From: Candidatus Omnitrophota bacterium | Lineage (GTDB): Bacteria > Omnitrophota > Gorgyraeia > 2-01-FULL-45-10 | NCBI GenBank assembly: GCA_026387175.1 | Contig: JAPLME010000008.1 | Span: 149,883 to 213,882 of the forward strand | DNA length: 64,000 nucleotides | Reading direction: 5' to 3' | Shown: positions 51,328 through 61,930 of the stretch, piece by piece | Position numbering within the stretch: the stretch's first letter is position 1 | How the letters are laid out: the number at the start of each line of letters is the position of its first letter | Notes under the pieces: model-generated | Databases searched by the model: none | The model's input: the letters and a program-made list of their open reading frames with translations, nothing else | What the model was told of the DNA's origin: nothing | Position numbers and translations under genes: made by a program

Positions 51328-53565
51328 ATGGGCATAAAAAAGAATAATAACGATAATCCCCGCGAAAATCGCAAATGGAACGAGATTCAGGCGGTACTGC
51401 TTTTTGCCGCGGCCATTCTCATATTCATCGCGCTCGCAAGCTCCAATTTCTCTGACCTTAAACAGTTTACCTCAAGACCAAATATGCCTGTAAGGAATTA
51501 CGCCGGAATACTAGGCGCCTATTTCGGTTCGTCGCTATTTTTTGTTATGGGCTTAAGCTCGTATGTTATGCCGCTCCTGGTCCTCTCATGGGCGGTAGCG
51601 AGGCTTTATGGTATCACCCCTCAGAAGGTGCATTTTAAGATATTCGGCACATTCTTTCTGATACTCGCCTCAAGCTCATTATTTTCGATAATAGGAAGCG
51701 GCGGCAACTCGTTTCGTTTCGGCCTGGGGGGGATAGTGGGCCTGGTATTTTCGGATTTCCTGATAAAATATTTGGGAAAGCTCGGCGCGATCCTCGTGAT
51801 AGCGGTGCTCTTTCTGCTCTCGCTTCTCCTGGCTACGGAATTCCTTCTCCTGCCGTTCCTTTCAGGGATGTACAGAAGGTTCAGGGGGTTACCGGCCGAT
51901 ATCAAAGAGAGGGTGTTTGTCAGGCCCGAAGCCTCGGGGCCGATCCTCACCAGAAAGCCGGTGATAAATATCGGTTCACAGAGCTCGAAAGAGAAGAAGG
52001 AATTATCTCCGAGGATAATTACGGCCGAGCCCGCGCCGGATAGGGTGCCAGTTAAAACAGCCGCCCCTCAGCCATCGCCAAAACATGCGGTCTCAGTTTC
52101 CGGCAAAAGCGACGCGGAAGGCCTGGGCTATAAGCTGCCGGGACTGGATCTTTTGGATGCGCCGCCACCGATCGAGAGTCGTAAAATTAAAGAGGATTTC
52201 GAGGCCATTGCCCGCATACTTGAAGAGACATTGCTCGATTTCGGCATAGAGGGTAAAGTAGTCGAAATAAATAAGGGGCCCGTAATAACCAGGTATGAGC
52301 TTGAGCCCGCTCCGGGAGTAAAGGTCCACAGGATAACTTCGCTCAGCGACAATATAGCGCTTGCGATGAAGGCCGAGAGCGTCAGGATAGTCGCTCCTAT
52401 ACCAGGCAAGGGCACGATAGGTTTTGAGGTGCCGAATTCTAAAAGCGCGCTTGTATTTTTGAGGGAAGTGCTTGATTCTAAAGAGTACAGGGATAATGAC
52501 TCAGTGCTTAAGCTGGCGCTTGGGAAGGATATAGCGGGCACTCCCGTCATCGCGGATCTCGCCAAGATGCCGCATCTCCTGATAGCGGGAGCGACGGGGT
52601 CGGGCAAGACGGTGTGCGTCAACTCCGCGATCATAAGCCTTTTATTCAATTCGACGCCTGATGATCTCAGATTTATAATGGTCGATCCGAAGAGGGTTGA
52701 ACTTGCCGTCTTCAATGAACTGCCCCACCTGCTCTCTCCCGTAGTTACCGATGTCAAGAAGGTCGCGAGCACGCTGGCATGGGTGGTAAACGAGATGGAT
52801 TCGAGATACGAATTATTTGCCAAGTCCGGGGTCCGTAATATAGCCCTTTACAATGAGAAGTTCAAGGGCGCTTCTTCCGGGCCGTCCGATGGCTGTCCGG
52901 CGAAACTTCCATATATAGTGGTGGTCATAGACGAGCTTGCCGATCTGATGATGGTGGCGCGCGAGGACGTGGAGAGCACCATTACCAGGTTAGCGCAATT
53001 GTCGCGAGCTGTCGGCATACATATGATAATCGCCACGCAGAGGCCGTCCGTGGACGTCATAACAGGTATTATAAAGGCCAATTTCCCGGCAAGAATTTCG
53101 TTTAAGGTGGCATCAAAGGTCGACTCCAGGACCGTCCTTGACATTAACGGCGCGGATATGCTTCTCGGGAGAGGGGATATGCTCTTTATCGAGCCCGGAG
53201 CCACGAGGCCTGTTAGGGCGCAGTGCAGTTTAATATCCGATAAGGAGATAGAAAATATCACTAAATTCATAAAAGCCCAGAGGACTGTACAATATGCAGA
53301 TGACATCGTGGAAGTGCAGAAGAAGCCGGGCGGATTCAAGAAGTTTGATAAAGATGAGGTTTATGAGGAGGCAGTGAGGCTTATCCTTGAATCGAAGCAA
53401 GCCTCTGTTTCGGTGCTCCAGAGAAGGCTGGGGCTTGGTTATACGCGCGCTGCCCGCTTGATAGATATGATGGAGGATGAGGGCATTGTAGGCCCGTATC
53501 AGGGATCTAAGCCTAGGGACCTTCTAACGACCTTAGAGGAGTACCAGACAAAAAATGGCGAATGA
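51328..53565 (+). CDS. ftsK: DNA translocase FtsK
   Basis: N-terminal TM helices, AGATGSGKT, DELADLM, TQRPS, gamma domain LQRRLGLGY.RA. Confidence 0.96.
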   Translation: MGIKKNNNDNPRENRKWNEIQAVLLFAAAILIFIALASSNFSDLKQFTSRPNMPVRNYAGILGAYFGSSLFFVMGLSSYVMPLLVLSWAVARLYGITPQKVHFKIFGTFFLILASSSLFSIIGSGGNSFRFGLGGIVGLVFSDFLIKYLGKLGAILVIAVLFLLSLLLATEFLLLPFLSGMYRRFRGLPADIKERVFVRPEASGPILTRKPVINIGSQSSKEKKELSPRIITAEPAPDRVPVKTAAPQPSPKHAVSVSGKSDAEGLGYKLPGLDLLDAPPPIESRKIKEDFEAIARILEETLLDFGIEGKVVEINKGPVITRYELEPAPGVKVHRITSLSDNIALAMKAESVRIVAPIPGKGTIGFEVPNSKSALVFLREVLDSKEYRDNDSVLKLALGKDIAGTPVIADLAKMPHLLIAGATGSGKTVCVNSAIISLLFNSTPDDLRFIMVDPKRVELAVFNELPHLLSPVVTDVKKVASTLAWVVNEMDSRYELFAKSGVRNIALYNEKFKGASSGPSDGCPAKLPYIVVVIDELADLMMVAREDVESTITRLAQLSRAVGIHMIIATQRPSVDVITGIIKANFPARISFKVASKVDSRTVLDINGADMLLGRGDMLFIEPGATRPVRAQCSLISDKEIENITKFIKAQRTVQYADDIVEVQKKPGGFKKFDKDEVYEEAVRLILESKQASVSVLQRRLGLGYTRAARLIDMMEDEGIVGPYQGSKPRDLLTTLEEYQTKNGE

Positions 53566-54361
53566 TATTAAGTTTAACGATATATTGAATATGTCCGCTC
53601 TCGGTGATAAGTTAAGAGAGGTCAGGGAGGGAAAGAACATTACTCTCGGCCAGGCCCAGAAACAGACGCGAATCCACCAGGCCGTATTGAAGGCTCTCGA
53701 GGACGGTAAATGCGACAGCATTCTTAATCCCACCTACGTAAAGAGCTTCCTGAAGAAATATGCCGATTATCTTGGCGTCGACTCCCGACAGGTGATGAGT
53801 GAATACAAGAGGCTGTGCCCTGAGGCCGAATCCGAGACGGTGAATAAACTGCCCGAACCGCGAGATGCGTCAAAAGGTCCGTCGAGCGTCTTTCCTTTTA
53901 TCAGGCTTATCGTAGTCATAGTTGTGGCGGTCGCGATGATAACGCTTGCGTTAGGCAAGGTAATGCCGTATTTTAGAAAACAGGGAATATCGAGACCTGT
54001 CCCTGTATCTAAAGTTAAACAGCCGGCTACCCGATCCAAATCTTCAAAAAAAGTTTCAAAGGAAAATGCAGCTCCAAAGGAAGATGCGGGAATAGTCATT
54101 CCAAAGAACGTTCAGCTGAAACTGCTGTTAAAAGTAAACAAGACCGTGATGATAAAAATGAGGACCGATGGGGTGCTCCTCTTCGAGCGCGTGCTCTCAA
54201 AAGGCACAGCGGAGATATTCACGGCGGAAAAGAGCATAAATATATATGCTGCCGATGGATCGTCGATAGAGCTCGTCCTGAACGGCAAACAGATGGGCTC
54301 TCCCGGTAAAGGCATCCTGAAGAATATAGAGATCACAAGAACCGGCATCAAGATAAAGTAA
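53555..54361 (+). CDS. rodZ: RodZ-like HTH membrane protein
   Basis: N-terminal HTH (LG..LR..RE, YA.YLG), one TM helix, C-terminal beta domain; typical position between ftsK and rimO. Confidence 0.75.
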   Translation: MANDIKFNDILNMSALGDKLREVREGKNITLGQAQKQTRIHQAVLKALEDGKCDSILNPTYVKSFLKKYADYLGVDSRQVMSEYKRLCPEAESETVNKLPEPRDASKGPSSVFPFIRLIVVIVVAVAMITLALGKVMPYFRKQGISRPVPVSKVKQPATRSKSSKKVSKENAAPKEDAGIVIPKNVQLKLLLKVNKTVMIKMRTDGVLLFERVLSKGTAEIFTAEKSINIYAADGSSIELVLNGKQMGSPGKGILKNIEITRTGIKIK

Positions 54362-54387
54362 TACCTTCTTAACCCCCGCTTAACCCT

Positions 54388-55734
54388 ATGAAAAAATTCG
54401 CTATAATCAGCTTGGGCTGTCCGAGAAATCTCGTAGACTCAGAGGTCATGGCCGGCCATCTTAAAGCGAGCGGTCTTAAAATGAGTCCGCTCGAAGACGG
54501 TGTCGACGTGGTTGTGGTAAATACATGCGCTTTCGTAGAGAGCGCGAGAGAAGAGTCGATAGAAGCAATAATCGAAGCCGGAGATCTTAAGAAAAAGGGA
54601 AAGGCTAAATACCTGGTGATCTCTGGGTGTCTGGGCCAGATGTATAAGAATAAGTTGGCCGATAAGCTTCCGGAGGCGGACCTTATCATAGGCACGAGCG
54701 ATTTTCCTAGAATATCCGGACTTCTAATGGAAATAAAGAAGAGAAAGAACCGCTCCGCGATATCTTCACATCTTAGTTATCTTTATAATGAAAATTCCCC
54801 GAGATTGCCATTCACGCCCAAACACTACGCCTATATAAAGATATCAGAGGGTTGCAGTAATTGCTGCAGCTACTGTGTGATATCGCGTCTCAGGGGAGAT
54901 TTTAGATCAAGGCTCCTCGGATCTGTTGTCGCGGAAGTGCGTGACCTTGCCCGCTGGAACACATTGAAAGAAATAGAGTTAATAGGTCAGGACACGACCT
55001 TGTTCGGAGCCGACAGGCATGGCAGGAGAGAGCTGCCGCGGCTATTGCGCGAGCTATCGAAACTGGAAAATAGCATAAAATGGATCCGGCTCCTTTACAC
55101 GCATCCGGCCCATTATACCGACGAGCTAATCGACGTGATTGGGTCCGAAGGGAAGATATGCAAATATCTGGATTTGCCTATACAGCACATAAGTGATAAA
55201 GTGCTCCGCCTTATGAACAGAAAGACCACAAAAAAAGAGATCACAAAGCTTATACATATTTTGCGAAAGAAGATCCCCGGGCTTGTGCTGAGGACGTCGA
55301 TAATAACAGGCTTCCCCGGAGAGACGGATAAAGATTTTAAGGAGCTTTTAAAGTTTCTGGCCGATATAAAATTTGACGCCCTCGGAGCTTTTATTTATTC
55401 CAGGGAAGAAGGGACGCGCGCTTCACGTCTTAAGGACCAGGTTAGCGAGGGCCTTAAGCAGGAGAGATATGATCAGGTTATGAAATTGCAGCAGGCCATA
55501 TCGATCGGTTCCAAGAGGAAATTTCTGGGAAAGATAGTTGATGTTTTAATTGACGAAAAGGCATCCGGGGAGGATAATAAAGTTTCTAATAGCTTCATAG
55601 GGCGTACGCAAGGCGACGCGCCGGAGATCGACGGGGTGGTCTATCTCACCGGTAAAGGCGTTAAGGTGGGGGATTTTTGTAAAGTCAGAATAACGGATAC
55701 GCTCGAGTACGATCTTATCGGAGAAAAAGCATGA
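54388..55734 (+). CDS. rimO: Ribosomal protein S12 methylthiotransferase
   Basis: LGCPRNLVDSE, CSNCCSYC radical-SAM motif, DAPEIDG TRAM domain. Confidence 0.95.
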   Translation: MKKFAIISLGCPRNLVDSEVMAGHLKASGLKMSPLEDGVDVVVVNTCAFVESAREESIEAIIEAGDLKKKGKAKYLVISGCLGQMYKNKLADKLPEADLIIGTSDFPRISGLLMEIKKRKNRSAISSHLSYLYNENSPRLPFTPKHYAYIKISEGCSNCCSYCVISRLRGDFRSRLLGSVVAEVRDLARWNTLKEIELIGQDTTLFGADRHGRRELPRLLRELSKLENSIKWIRLLYTHPAHYTDELIDVIGSEGKICKYLDLPIQHISDKVLRLMNRKTTKKEITKLIHILRKKIPGLVLRTSIITGFPGETDKDFKELLKFLADIKFDALGAFIYSREEGTRASRLKDQVSEGLKQERYDQVMKLQQAISIGSKRKFLGKIVDVLIDEKASGEDNKVSNSFIGRTQGDAPEIDGVVYLTGKGVKVGDFCKVRITDTLEYDLIGEKA

Positions 55735-56321
55735 ACCTTCCTAATAAGTTGACGATGATGAGGATAGTGCTTGCGTTTATATTCATAATATTCTTATTTA
55801 CGCCGGGGTTGACCGCCAAGATATTAGCGCTCGCGGCGTTTCTTTTGGCTTCCGGCACGGATCTCCTCGACGGGTATCTAGCGAAAAAGAATAACCAGAT
55901 AACAGATTTTGGCCGACTGATGGATCCGATAGCCGATAAGATACTGATACTATCCGCATTCCTTGCTTTCGTGCAGATGCAGCTCGTACCTGCCTGGATG
56001 GTGGTAATCATAATATTCAGAGAGATCGCTGTCAGCGGCTTAAGGGCCCTGGCTATGGCCAAAGGTAAAGTGATAGCAGCAGACCGGGGCGGGAAACACA
56101 AGACAGCCTGCCAGGTCTTCGCTATATTCGTCATACTGCTTTTGATAATATTCAGGGAAGCGCCGTCGGCGTCTTTAAGTTTCTGGTCCAAAAGCGCGGA
56201 GAACATTTATAAGGACGCGATATTCGCGCTGATGCTTATTACGGTGACATTGACGCTGATAAGCGGCGTATCATATCTTTTGAAAAACAGGGAGGTCTAC
56301 TCAAATGCGAAAGAAAGTTGA
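55731..56321 (+). CDS. pgsA: Phosphatidylglycerophosphate synthase
   Basis: NLPNKLT, TDLLDGYLA...G..MDPIADK. Confidence 0.94.
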   Translation: MNLPNKLTMMRIVLAFIFIIFLFTPGLTAKILALAAFLLASGTDLLDGYLAKKNNQITDFGRLMDPIADKILILSAFLAFVQMQLVPAWMVVIIIFREIAVSGLRALAMAKGKVIAADRGGKHKTACQVFAIFVILLLIIFREAPSASLSFWSKSAENIYKDAIFALMLITVTLTLISGVSYLLKNREVYSNAKES

Positions 56322-56757
56322 GCTCATAACGAGTTTCTTCTATCTCGGCCATTCACCGTTCATGCCGGGCACGATGGGTTCGCTTGGCGGACTCATAGTA
56401 TATTTTCTTGTGCGTAATAATGATATCTTATATGCCTTTTCAATCCTATTCTTATTTACGCTCGGAGTCCTATTCGCCGGCGAGGCGGAAAAAGTATATA
56501 AGAGGAAGGACCCGTCAATGATAGTTATAGATGAGGCATGCGGAATGCTTCTGGCGTTATTCTTAGTGCCGTTTAATCTATATTCCGTTATTCTTGGATT
56601 CTTCATCTTTCGTATATTTGACATATTGAAGCCGCCGCCTGCCAGAAGGATTGAGAAGCTGGCAGGTTCTCTCGGAATAATGTTTGATGATATAATAGCC
56701 GCGCTATATACCAACATAATCCTACAGATAGTCTTCAGAAATTTCAGCATGAATTAA
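56305..56757 (+). CDS. pgpA: Phosphatidylglycerophosphatase A
   Basis: PGTMGS, DPSMIVIDE, FRIFDILKP, GIMFDD. Confidence 0.93.
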   Translation: MRKKVELITSFFYLGHSPFMPGTMGSLGGLIVYFLVRNNDILYAFSILFLFTLGVLFAGEAEKVYKRKDPSMIVIDEACGMLLALFLVPFNLYSVILGFFIFRIFDILKPPPARRIEKLAGSLGIMFDDIIAALYTNIILQIVFRNFSMN

Positions 56758-56820
56758 GGAATAAAAAAGTAAGATATTTGATATTGCTAATATCATAAGC
56801 TATGGTATACTCATTTTACT

Positions 56821-59800
56821 ATGTTTGTTAAAAGAACAAAAATAATATCGGCGTTTCTTGTAGTGGCATTTTTTGTCCAGGATTTATCATGGGCATATCC
56901 GGACCATTTTGCCTATGACCGCCCTTCCAATAATAAATTGGCGCCGGCGCCTTTCAGCGAAAGAGTATCTCCTGAAGACATAACGAAATCTCTCATCTTA
57001 GTAATAGAGCAAAATCACCATGTTTCAATAAAGAGCCTTGTGCTTGATGGTGTAGAAGCCATACTGAATGAATATCAGGAATTCCTGAAGCAAAATAGCA
57101 TAAGTTTTTTAAAAAAGCCCAGAGAAATTAGAATAAATATTAATCCAAATATTATTTTGCGCTATACCGATCATGCCATGCCGCTAGATGGTATATCTGG
57201 CTTCAAGGTCGGATCTCAAGAAAAGACAGGGGCTCTTGTAAGGCAGATTTTAATAAGAATTGAAAAGAGACCCACGCTACGTTCAAGGCAGCTTCAGCTT
57301 GATTTTGGATCGCCCGCAAAAGAAACCGTCGCAGAAGGAGAAAAAACGGCAGAAACTCCTGTAGCCCCTGCAACGCAGGGAGAAATTAAGAATAAACCCC
57401 GTGTATCTATTATGCTGTTTCAGGATATCGCAAGACTGGATTCAAAGATAACGAATGCCGTTATATCGTCTATGAATATGCTGGAAGATAGAATGCACCG
57501 CTCGCGTGTGGTTATGGGGGCAATAGATGTTTTACGGGATGATATTATCGGATATGGCCATGTCAGGGCCGATGCCTTTGAACGGTTTTCGAAAAAAGTA
57601 TCAGGTGTTTTGGACAGATGGATAATGAGCGATAAAGGGAAGGAGACAATCCGCGGCAGACTGGCCAAAATAAGCCTCAAGATAAACGAGAGGGACGATT
57701 TATTGAAAGGCATAGATATATCCTATTATGGTTTGGCAAGAGAGCTGAAAGGCGAAAAAGGCGCGCAGCAAATTATATTCCTGCTGCTTAGTATAGAGGC
57801 GGGGCTTAGGGAAGTGGCGGAAGCGATGGATGAGCACAGCAGGCTGAAATCGAGATTTAATGTAATTGCGGCTGACTTGAAAGCGATTCGTAAGTGGATG
57901 AGCATAAGAGGCGAACGCCCAGGAAAGGATTTAACAAGTTGCGAAAAGGCGTTGAAAGCGATGGCGAAACATGCGCCTCTCCAGCTTCATGATCAAATTT
58001 TGAATTTAACGGATAAAATAGCAGTTTTAAAGCCATTCGTAGAAAGTGTATGGGAAGTTAAGCCGCCTGCCGGATCGGTACCCGGCGTATTTAAATATTT
58101 ATGCTCGCCAGATATCCAATCGTTTGAAAGACCTCCTCGCGCCGATGAGGTTGCCGATAACCTCGGTCGGTCGTATGATACGATAAGGCGCGATCTGTGG
58201 GACCTCTATTACCATCTTCATCTTCTCGATAAGGTAGACGTTAGGGAATCGGGCAGGGATGCTCGCTATTATGTCCCCGAACGCGTTAAGAATAAGTATG
58301 ATGACATATACCCGATCCTGAACCAGTTCATCGGTAAAAAACTCCGTCCCACAATAAAAGATCTCGAAAGCGCATATAGGGCTATTATCAATCTTATAGG
58401 TGTCCGCGATCCAACCACAGGCAAATTCAATTTGGTCTCTATATCAAAACGCACTGATTACAAAGGCAGATTTAATATTAATATCTTCGGCGATGGAAAA
58501 ATCCAGTTTAATATCGGTACCGGCTATTCGTTAAAAAATATTGAGCTCATCCCGTTAACCGATAACTGGCGGGAAGGCTTTGAAGTCTACCATCAGAGTA
58601 ATCTGATAGGTACGTGCGATCCATCCACCGGCGAATTTAGCCCGATTCAAGAGGTCCGGAAACCGGGCGAAGACCGCCGGTTCAATCTGGACAGAGTTCG
58701 CTATATTCTCCTCGATGCAGGCTACGCTAGCGGTGGTGCGAATAGGGAAATCAGGATCATTGCCTTTGACGGTTTCGACTGGACTAGCGGTTTTAAGGTC
58801 TATCATCTGGACAGAGAAATTGCCTCTTATGATAAAAAGCGCAATGTTATGATCGGCATGTCTGTCGCCGGAAGATTGAGACCACCAGGCGCGCGGGCTA
58901 GGGTGCTGCTACAAATGCAAATTCCGAATAAAGACACCAATAAAAACGGAAGGGCGTTTACAGCTGAAATAAGTAATTTTATAATTAAACATCGGTCGAT
59001 TCTTGGCACGAGAGAAAAAGATATAGAGACTATCCTTGACGAAGTAGGTCTTAATATCATGGAGCATGGCAATGGCGGCGAGATAATGGTAGAAACTGAA
59101 AAATCTGCGGATGGCAGATTACGATTAAAGATAATCGGGAAAGATAAAGGGAGCGGTCTTCCGGCCTCGCCGGACGAGCTTGTAAAAACTAGCCTTGCCT
59201 CGCGGAAACGCTTTGAACGCGAACCTGATGCAGATGATAAAGACATTATGGTGAGAGGGCGGGGGTTTTCGAGAATAGCACTCGGTCCTGACAGTGTAAC
59301 TATTGAATATCAGGGGAAGAGGTTTGTCAGGTTTACGGATAATAAGGATGCCGGCTCGTGGTTTCGTGAAGAAAACGTCGCAGGCAGTAGCGCAAAGGGT
59401 ACAAATTTTGAGCTTAAATTTGAGTTGGGACGCGAACTCACCTCATGGGGGCCTGAAGCGGAGACGCTTGCTGATATACATGATCTGTTTAACATTAAAA
59501 TTCCATCTCGAACAAATGATAATACAAAAATATTATTATCCGAAAATCTGTTTATAAAAAATAGTAATGAGACAGAGCTGATTCAGGTCAGGATAGCGCT
59601 CGCGTCGCTCCTCAATAGCGGAAATATTGCAATTATGAAACCGGATGAGATGAGAAGGGCCGCGATGAATCGGCATGTCTCAAAGGACAAACTTGCGACA
59701 GTTTTTACCGAAGAAGATTTCAATAATAAAGGGATATGGAATGGTTGTGACAAAGAAGCATCGCTCAGGTCAAGTGTCCTGATACTTGGTGACAGGCTAA

Positions 59801-60069
59801 TGGGCAATAATTATCTGTATCTGGAAGGCGTTATAGGTCTTGCACGGGCGATGATGGTGAATAACAAGTATGCGGTTAGAAAATACTATGATTTGATATC
59901 GGGTACTGTTATAGATAATGAGATGATGAAATTATTAAATGAGGATGATCAAAATAATCTTTCTTTCGCTATCAGGGCCGTACTAAGATTTAAGCCCATA
60001 ACCAGGACCGATCCGGAAGACTTGAATGAGCTAAAGATCAGGATGGAGAAGTTCTTAATCGCCGCTTAA
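56821..60069 (+). CDS. Large hypothetical exported multidomain protein (signal peptide, HTH-like segment, two internal repeats, HATPase_c anti-sigma-kinase-like domain)
   Basis: 1082-aa ORF; N-terminal basic-hydrophobic-SWA signal; DEVGLNIMEHG...DKGSG...GRGF GHKL boxes. Confidence 0.75.
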   Translation: MFVKRTKIISAFLVVAFFVQDLSWAYPDHFAYDRPSNNKLAPAPFSERVSPEDITKSLILVIEQNHHVSIKSLVLDGVEAILNEYQEFLKQNSISFLKKPREIRININPNIILRYTDHAMPLDGISGFKVGSQEKTGALVRQILIRIEKRPTLRSRQLQLDFGSPAKETVAEGEKTAETPVAPATQGEIKNKPRVSIMLFQDIARLDSKITNAVISSMNMLEDRMHRSRVVMGAIDVLRDDIIGYGHVRADAFERFSKKVSGVLDRWIMSDKGKETIRGRLAKISLKINERDDLLKGIDISYYGLARELKGEKGAQQIIFLLLSIEAGLREVAEAMDEHSRLKSRFNVIAADLKAIRKWMSIRGERPGKDLTSCEKALKAMAKHAPLQLHDQILNLTDKIAVLKPFVESVWEVKPPAGSVPGVFKYLCSPDIQSFERPPRADEVADNLGRSYDTIRRDLWDLYYHLHLLDKVDVRESGRDARYYVPERVKNKYDDIYPILNQFIGKKLRPTIKDLESAYRAIINLIGVRDPTTGKFNLVSISKRTDYKGRFNINIFGDGKIQFNIGTGYSLKNIELIPLTDNWREGFEVYHQSNLIGTCDPSTGEFSPIQEVRKPGEDRRFNLDRVRYILLDAGYASGGANREIRIIAFDGFDWTSGFKVYHLDREIASYDKKRNVMIGMSVAGRLRPPGARARVLLQMQIPNKDTNKNGRAFTAEISNFIIKHRSILGTREKDIETILDEVGLNIMEHGNGGEIMVETEKSADGRLRLKIIGKDKGSGLPASPDELVKTSLASRKRFEREPDADDKDIMVRGRGFSRIALGPDSVTIEYQGKRFVRFTDNKDAGSWFREENVAGSSAKGTNFELKFELGRELTSWGPEAETLADIHDLFNIKIPSRTNDNTKILLSENLFIKNSNETELIQVRIALASLLNSGNIAIMKPDEMRRAAMNRHVSKDKLATVFTEEDFNNKGIWNGCDKEASLRSSVLILGDRLMGNNYLYLEGVIGLARAMMVNNKYAVRKYYDLISGTVIDNEMMKLLNEDDQNNLSFAIRAVLRFKPITRTDPEDLNELKIRMEKFLIAA

Positions 60070-60123
60070 ACACAGGTTACCGATCTGCTGGTATTTTCAT
60101 ATCGAAATGGTATAATATTCAGC

Positions 60124-61356
60124 ATGAGAGCTGAAATTATTTCCATTGGCACCGAGTTACTGCTCGGGCATATCCTCAATACTAATGCCGCATACCTTTC
60201 CAGAAAGCTCGCCGAGCTGGGCATTGATCTCTATTATCAGACGACTGTAGGTGATAATCCTGAGCGGCTTATCCAGACCATTAGAAAAGCTATCGCAAGA
60301 AGCGATATCGTAATACTCACCGGCGGGCTCGGTCCGACCATAGACGATGTTACGATGGAGTCTGTCGCACGATTGACAGATAGGCCTCTTGTTCTAAATA
60401 AGATCGTATTAAAAGATATCGAGAGGTATTTTAAGGCGCGAGGTTTTAAACCACCTTCTGGTAATGATAGGCAAGCGAGAGTTCCGCAAGGAGCAAAGTG
60501 CCTGCATAACAAGTTCGGAACGGCTCCAGCGCTTATAGTAGAACATTTGGGTAAGGTTATAGTATGCCTGCCCGGGCCCCCGAGAGAGATGGAACCACTC
60601 TTTGAAGATGGGGTGACGCAGTATTTTAGAAAGAAGTTCAGATCCGAAGAGATAATCAGGACCAGGACCATAAAGACCATCGGCCTTCCGGAGTCGCGGG
60701 TCAATGCAATCGTTAAGGATTTGTTGAAGTTGCCTCCGCCTACAACGGTGGGAATTTACGCGAAGCTTCGGGAGGTGCATTTAGTGGTTATGGCGAAGGC
60801 CGAAAGCGATGCGCGCGCTCGGAAAGCTATTGCTGCGGTGGAAAAGAAGATCTTGTCCCGCCTGAAGAATTGTATATTCGGATACGATGATGATACGCTA
60901 GAAAGCATCGTGATTAAGAGCCTTATAGAGAAGAAGCTCACGATTTCCGTAGCGGAGTCCTGCACCGGCGGGCTTCTCTCGAAGCGCTTTACCGATATAA
61001 GCGGCAGTTCCGGTTGTTTCGTGGCCGGCATCGTTTCGTATTCAAATGAGTCAAAGGAAAAATTACTGGGATTGCCTAAAGAATTGATAAATAAATACGG
61101 AGCTGTATCAGGACAGGTTTGCGGGCGAATGGCTTTCGGAGTAAGGCATATTGTCCGTACGGACATAGGAGTCGGTATTACAGGTATAGCGGGTCCAACG
61201 GGCGGATCCTTGCGCAAACCGGTCGGACTGGTGTATATCTCTTTGGCGACAAATGAGAAGCTTATCGTTAAAGAGTTCAGATTCAATGGCTCGCGCCAGG
61301 ATATCAGATGGCAGGCTTCGCAGGCTGCCCTGGACATGATAAGGCTCAACATTTAG
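60124..61356 (+). CDS. cinA: Competence/damage-inducible protein A
   Basis: IGTELLLG...NTN, GGLGPT.DD, AESCTGG, TGIAGP.GG. Confidence 0.95.
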   Translation: MRAEIISIGTELLLGHILNTNAAYLSRKLAELGIDLYYQTTVGDNPERLIQTIRKAIARSDIVILTGGLGPTIDDVTMESVARLTDRPLVLNKIVLKDIERYFKARGFKPPSGNDRQARVPQGAKCLHNKFGTAPALIVEHLGKVIVCLPGPPREMEPLFEDGVTQYFRKKFRSEEIIRTRTIKTIGLPESRVNAIVKDLLKLPPPTTVGIYAKLREVHLVVMAKAESDARARKAIAAVEKKILSRLKNCIFGYDDDTLESIVIKSLIEKKLTISVAESCTGGLLSKRFTDISGSSGCFVAGIVSYSNESKEKLLGLPKELINKYGAVSGQVCGRMAFGVRHIVRTDIGVGITGIAGPTGGSLRKPVGLVYISLATNEKLIVKEFRFNGSRQDIRWQASQAALDMIRLNI

Positions 61357-61357
61357 C

Positions 61358-61930
61358 ATGCGCGCTTTTATAGCGATCGAAATATCGGATGAGATTAAAG
61401 ATGCGCTTGCCCGGATAGAATCCCACCTTAAATATGCCGGCGCAGACGTCAAATGGGTCAATCCGAAGATCATCCATCTCACTTTAAAATTCATGGGCGA
61501 GATTAACGATAATAAATGTGAGGTCGTAAAGTCCGCGTTGGATGCTATTGCAAAAAGCGCGAAGTCCTTTGAGGTGACAGTAAAAGATGTCGGAACTTTT
61601 CCGAATAGCGCTCGTCCGCGGGTTATCTGGTTAGGCCTCGACAAGGGGGCTTCCGAATCGGTTGAGCTCGCAAAGCGTATAGAGGAGTCGCTATCTAAAA
61701 TAGGATTTCCCGCAGAGAATAGGCCCTTCAGCCCTCATCTGACAATAGGCCGTGTCCGCTCATCGCTCAATATCGAAAAGCTTAAAGAGAAGATATCCTC
61801 AGCATCATTAGAGATCCAGCCCGGCGGTACCATTTCACAAAAAGTCACTTCCATAATCCTCTTCCAGAGCACCCTCACTCCTCAGGGCCCCATCTACACC
61901 AAGCTCCACGAAGCTCCGCTCGAAGCGTAG
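61358..61930 (+). CDS. thpR: RNA 2',3'-cyclic phosphodiesterase (2H family)
   Basis: Two HxT motifs (HLTLKF, PHLTIGR), PRVIW. Confidence 0.92.
   Translation: MRAFIAIEISDEIKDALARIESHLKYAGADVKWVNPKIIHLTLKFMGEINDNKCEVVKSALDAIAKSAKSFEVTVKDVGTFPNSARPRVIWLGLDKGASESVELAKRIEESLSKIGFPAENRPFSPHLTIGRVRSSLNIEKLKEKISSASLEIQPGGTISQKVTSIILFQSTLTPQGPIYTKLHEAPLEA

Noticed and set aside
61358-61930. thpR or recA as functional partners of A5
   Set aside because: cinA-thpR-recA-recX-alaS is a common conserved order, so adjacency is probably incidental.
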